Shown here: positions 62,401-64,000 of the stretch, piece after piece
How positions within the stretch are numbered: the stretch's first letter is position 1
Layout: the number at the start of each line of letters is the position of its first letter
Source: Chara braunii
Lineage: Eukaryota > Plantae > Charophyceae
Length of the DNA stretch: 64,000 bases
Assembly: GCA_003427395.1 (NCBI GenBank)
Contig: BFEA01000027.1
Coordinates: 1,925,086-1,989,085 of the forward strand
Direction: 5' to 3'
Notes under the pieces: model-generated
Database searches by the model: none
What the model was told of the DNA's origin: nothing
What the model saw: only the letters and a program-made list of their open reading frames with translations
Program-made: the position numbers and the translations under genes

Positions 62401-64000
62401 GAAAATATTCCAGAAGGGGATCCAAAACTCCTTGGGGAAGGAGTCGAGGCCCGACGTTTTTTCATCTTCCATTTGCTGCAGTGCGGTGTAGACCTCATCT
62501 TGAGAAAGCGGAGCTTCTAAGGATTGGCTGACGGCGTGTGAGAGAGCTATATTTAGGTTAGCCAACAGGTTTTGCCTCGCAGTTGCTACGCTTGCCGGTG
62601 ACCTTNGGGGCATGCGGGATGTGAAGAGGTCCTTATAGTATTTGGCAGCGTAATCCACCACCGCGTAAGGGTTGGTAGCCTCGGGTTGTGAGGCATCCAG
62701 CGGGTGCCTCAGGGAGGTGATCGTAGCTTGTCTTGCTCTGNCCTTAGCCTTTTGAAAAAAGGCTTTAACCATGGTACCCTCCGTCTGGTGTTTTTTAATT
62801 TTGGCTTGCAGTCTCCACCTTTCTGCCTGTTCATCNNGGTATTCCTGCAGTCNATCTCTTGCTTGAAGCAGTTGAGAGTAGACATCTGTGTCTAGGGGTT
62901 GAGAGGTTAATTTATCATCCCATTGTTCAAGTGTGTGCAACAATCCTTCCAAAGTAGCCTTTCTCTCCCTGCTCTTTTTAGAGAATACCTTTTGACCCTT
63001 TCTCTGAGGCGTCCGATCCCCTCATTAAACCATTCCACCACAGATCCGTATTCCGGTTTTTTGGATTTCCAGTATTCCCATAATTCCTTCACACATTGGT
63101 GGAAGGAGGGTAGGTTAAGGAGAGAGGTATTAAGTTTGAAGAAACTGGGCCCTCGTGAGAAAGGCGGGCACATGACCAATCCGAGGGCAATCATTTTGTG
63201 ATCAAAGGATCTAGACGAGCTGAATGGGAGGACGGCCGCCTCTATCAGAGGGCCTGTGAGGTCTTTGGAGATGAGGAGGAGATCAATTCTTGAATTAGAG
63301 AGGCCTTCATTGCCCCTGGATCCAATACAGGTGAAGGCTTGTTTGGTGGGGTTAAGGAGTCAGAACGAGTCCACCAGCTGAAATTCTGCCAAGAGCTGGT
63401 TGAACATCAGCATATCAAGACCCAGCTGTGGGGGCGATAAGCCCCTCTCTTGTGACTGACTCCTCCTGTCCAGTGCAGGGTCGGGTGCTAAGTTGAAGTC
63501 CCCGGCCAGGATCAGGGGAATGTCTGAGGGGAGGACTTGTATGAGTTGCATAAAAAAGTCAGCCCGCTCGACCTGCGAATTGGGAGCATAGACGCTTGCG
63601 AGGCATATTTCCTCCTCTTCCATCAACGCCTTTATGAAGATCCACCTGCCATGGGTGTCATCTTTATGTACCGACAGAGGTTTGAGTCTCGAAGAGGGGG
63701 GGATCCAAATGGCCACCCCAGCGGAGTGGTAGGATGGTGTGTGGGCATTATATGATTCGTATGGCCACACATCCGTCTGCTTTGCTGCGTATGTCGGGTT
63801 ATCGAGTAGGTGCGTCTCTTGTACACATACAGCGTTCGGCCAATAGGCCGTATCATTCATTCGGATCATGTCCCATATTGTGTATTTTTTTGGGGGGGAG
63901 GCCGCTGCAAGGTCATTTACATTTATTGATCTGACATCGAGGTCCGCCTTCCTTAGCGCCGTGGACCAAGGAGGGGGTTTTCGGAGGGGGGGGGGGGGGG
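59445..64000 (-). mobile_element. Decayed LINE (APE-RT-zf-RVT) running off the window, with an internal deletion
   Basis: T-rich tail at 59446-59475, module at 59548-59600. Motifs CVQETHL, SVYAPN, AGDFN, DFEKAYD, SVRQGDP, LFVDD, WQILYRCLPT. Related to 6261-13975. Confidence 0.93.
60474..63935 (-). pseudogene. LINE ORF2 pseudogene
   Basis: ORF fragments 63360-63869, 62907-63194, 62290-62952, 61681-62133, 60474-61730. Confidence 0.92.

Overview
Eukaryotic, repeat-saturated draft-assembly DNA with N gaps, microsatellites and poly-A tails. No host gene can be identified with confidence. The transposon complement and composition resemble a streptophyte alga such as Chara, but that is an inference. 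Contents: (1) four long decayed L1/Tx1-type LINEs (APE endonuclease + RT + zf-RVT) and several 5'-truncated LINE tails; (2) a complete 9.35-kb PIF/Harbinger DNA transposon (49768-59117; 25-bp TIRs, TTA TSD) encoding a DDE transposase, a Myb/SANT trihelix protein and an unexpected third gene of about 590 aa, which is restored by removing a nested MITE; (3) deletion derivatives of Harbinger elements and a second Myb/SANT pseudogene; (4) small TTAA-, TA- and 8-bp-TSD MITEs, tRNA-derived SINE-like heads and a Penelope-type minimal hammerhead remnant. The two strongest leads are the three-gene Harbinger and a conserved, covarying 3'-terminal RNA module (hairpin + H-type pseudoknot + terminal stem-loop). 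The module is shared by many otherwise divergent retroelements, with roughly 15 full or partial copies in the window.
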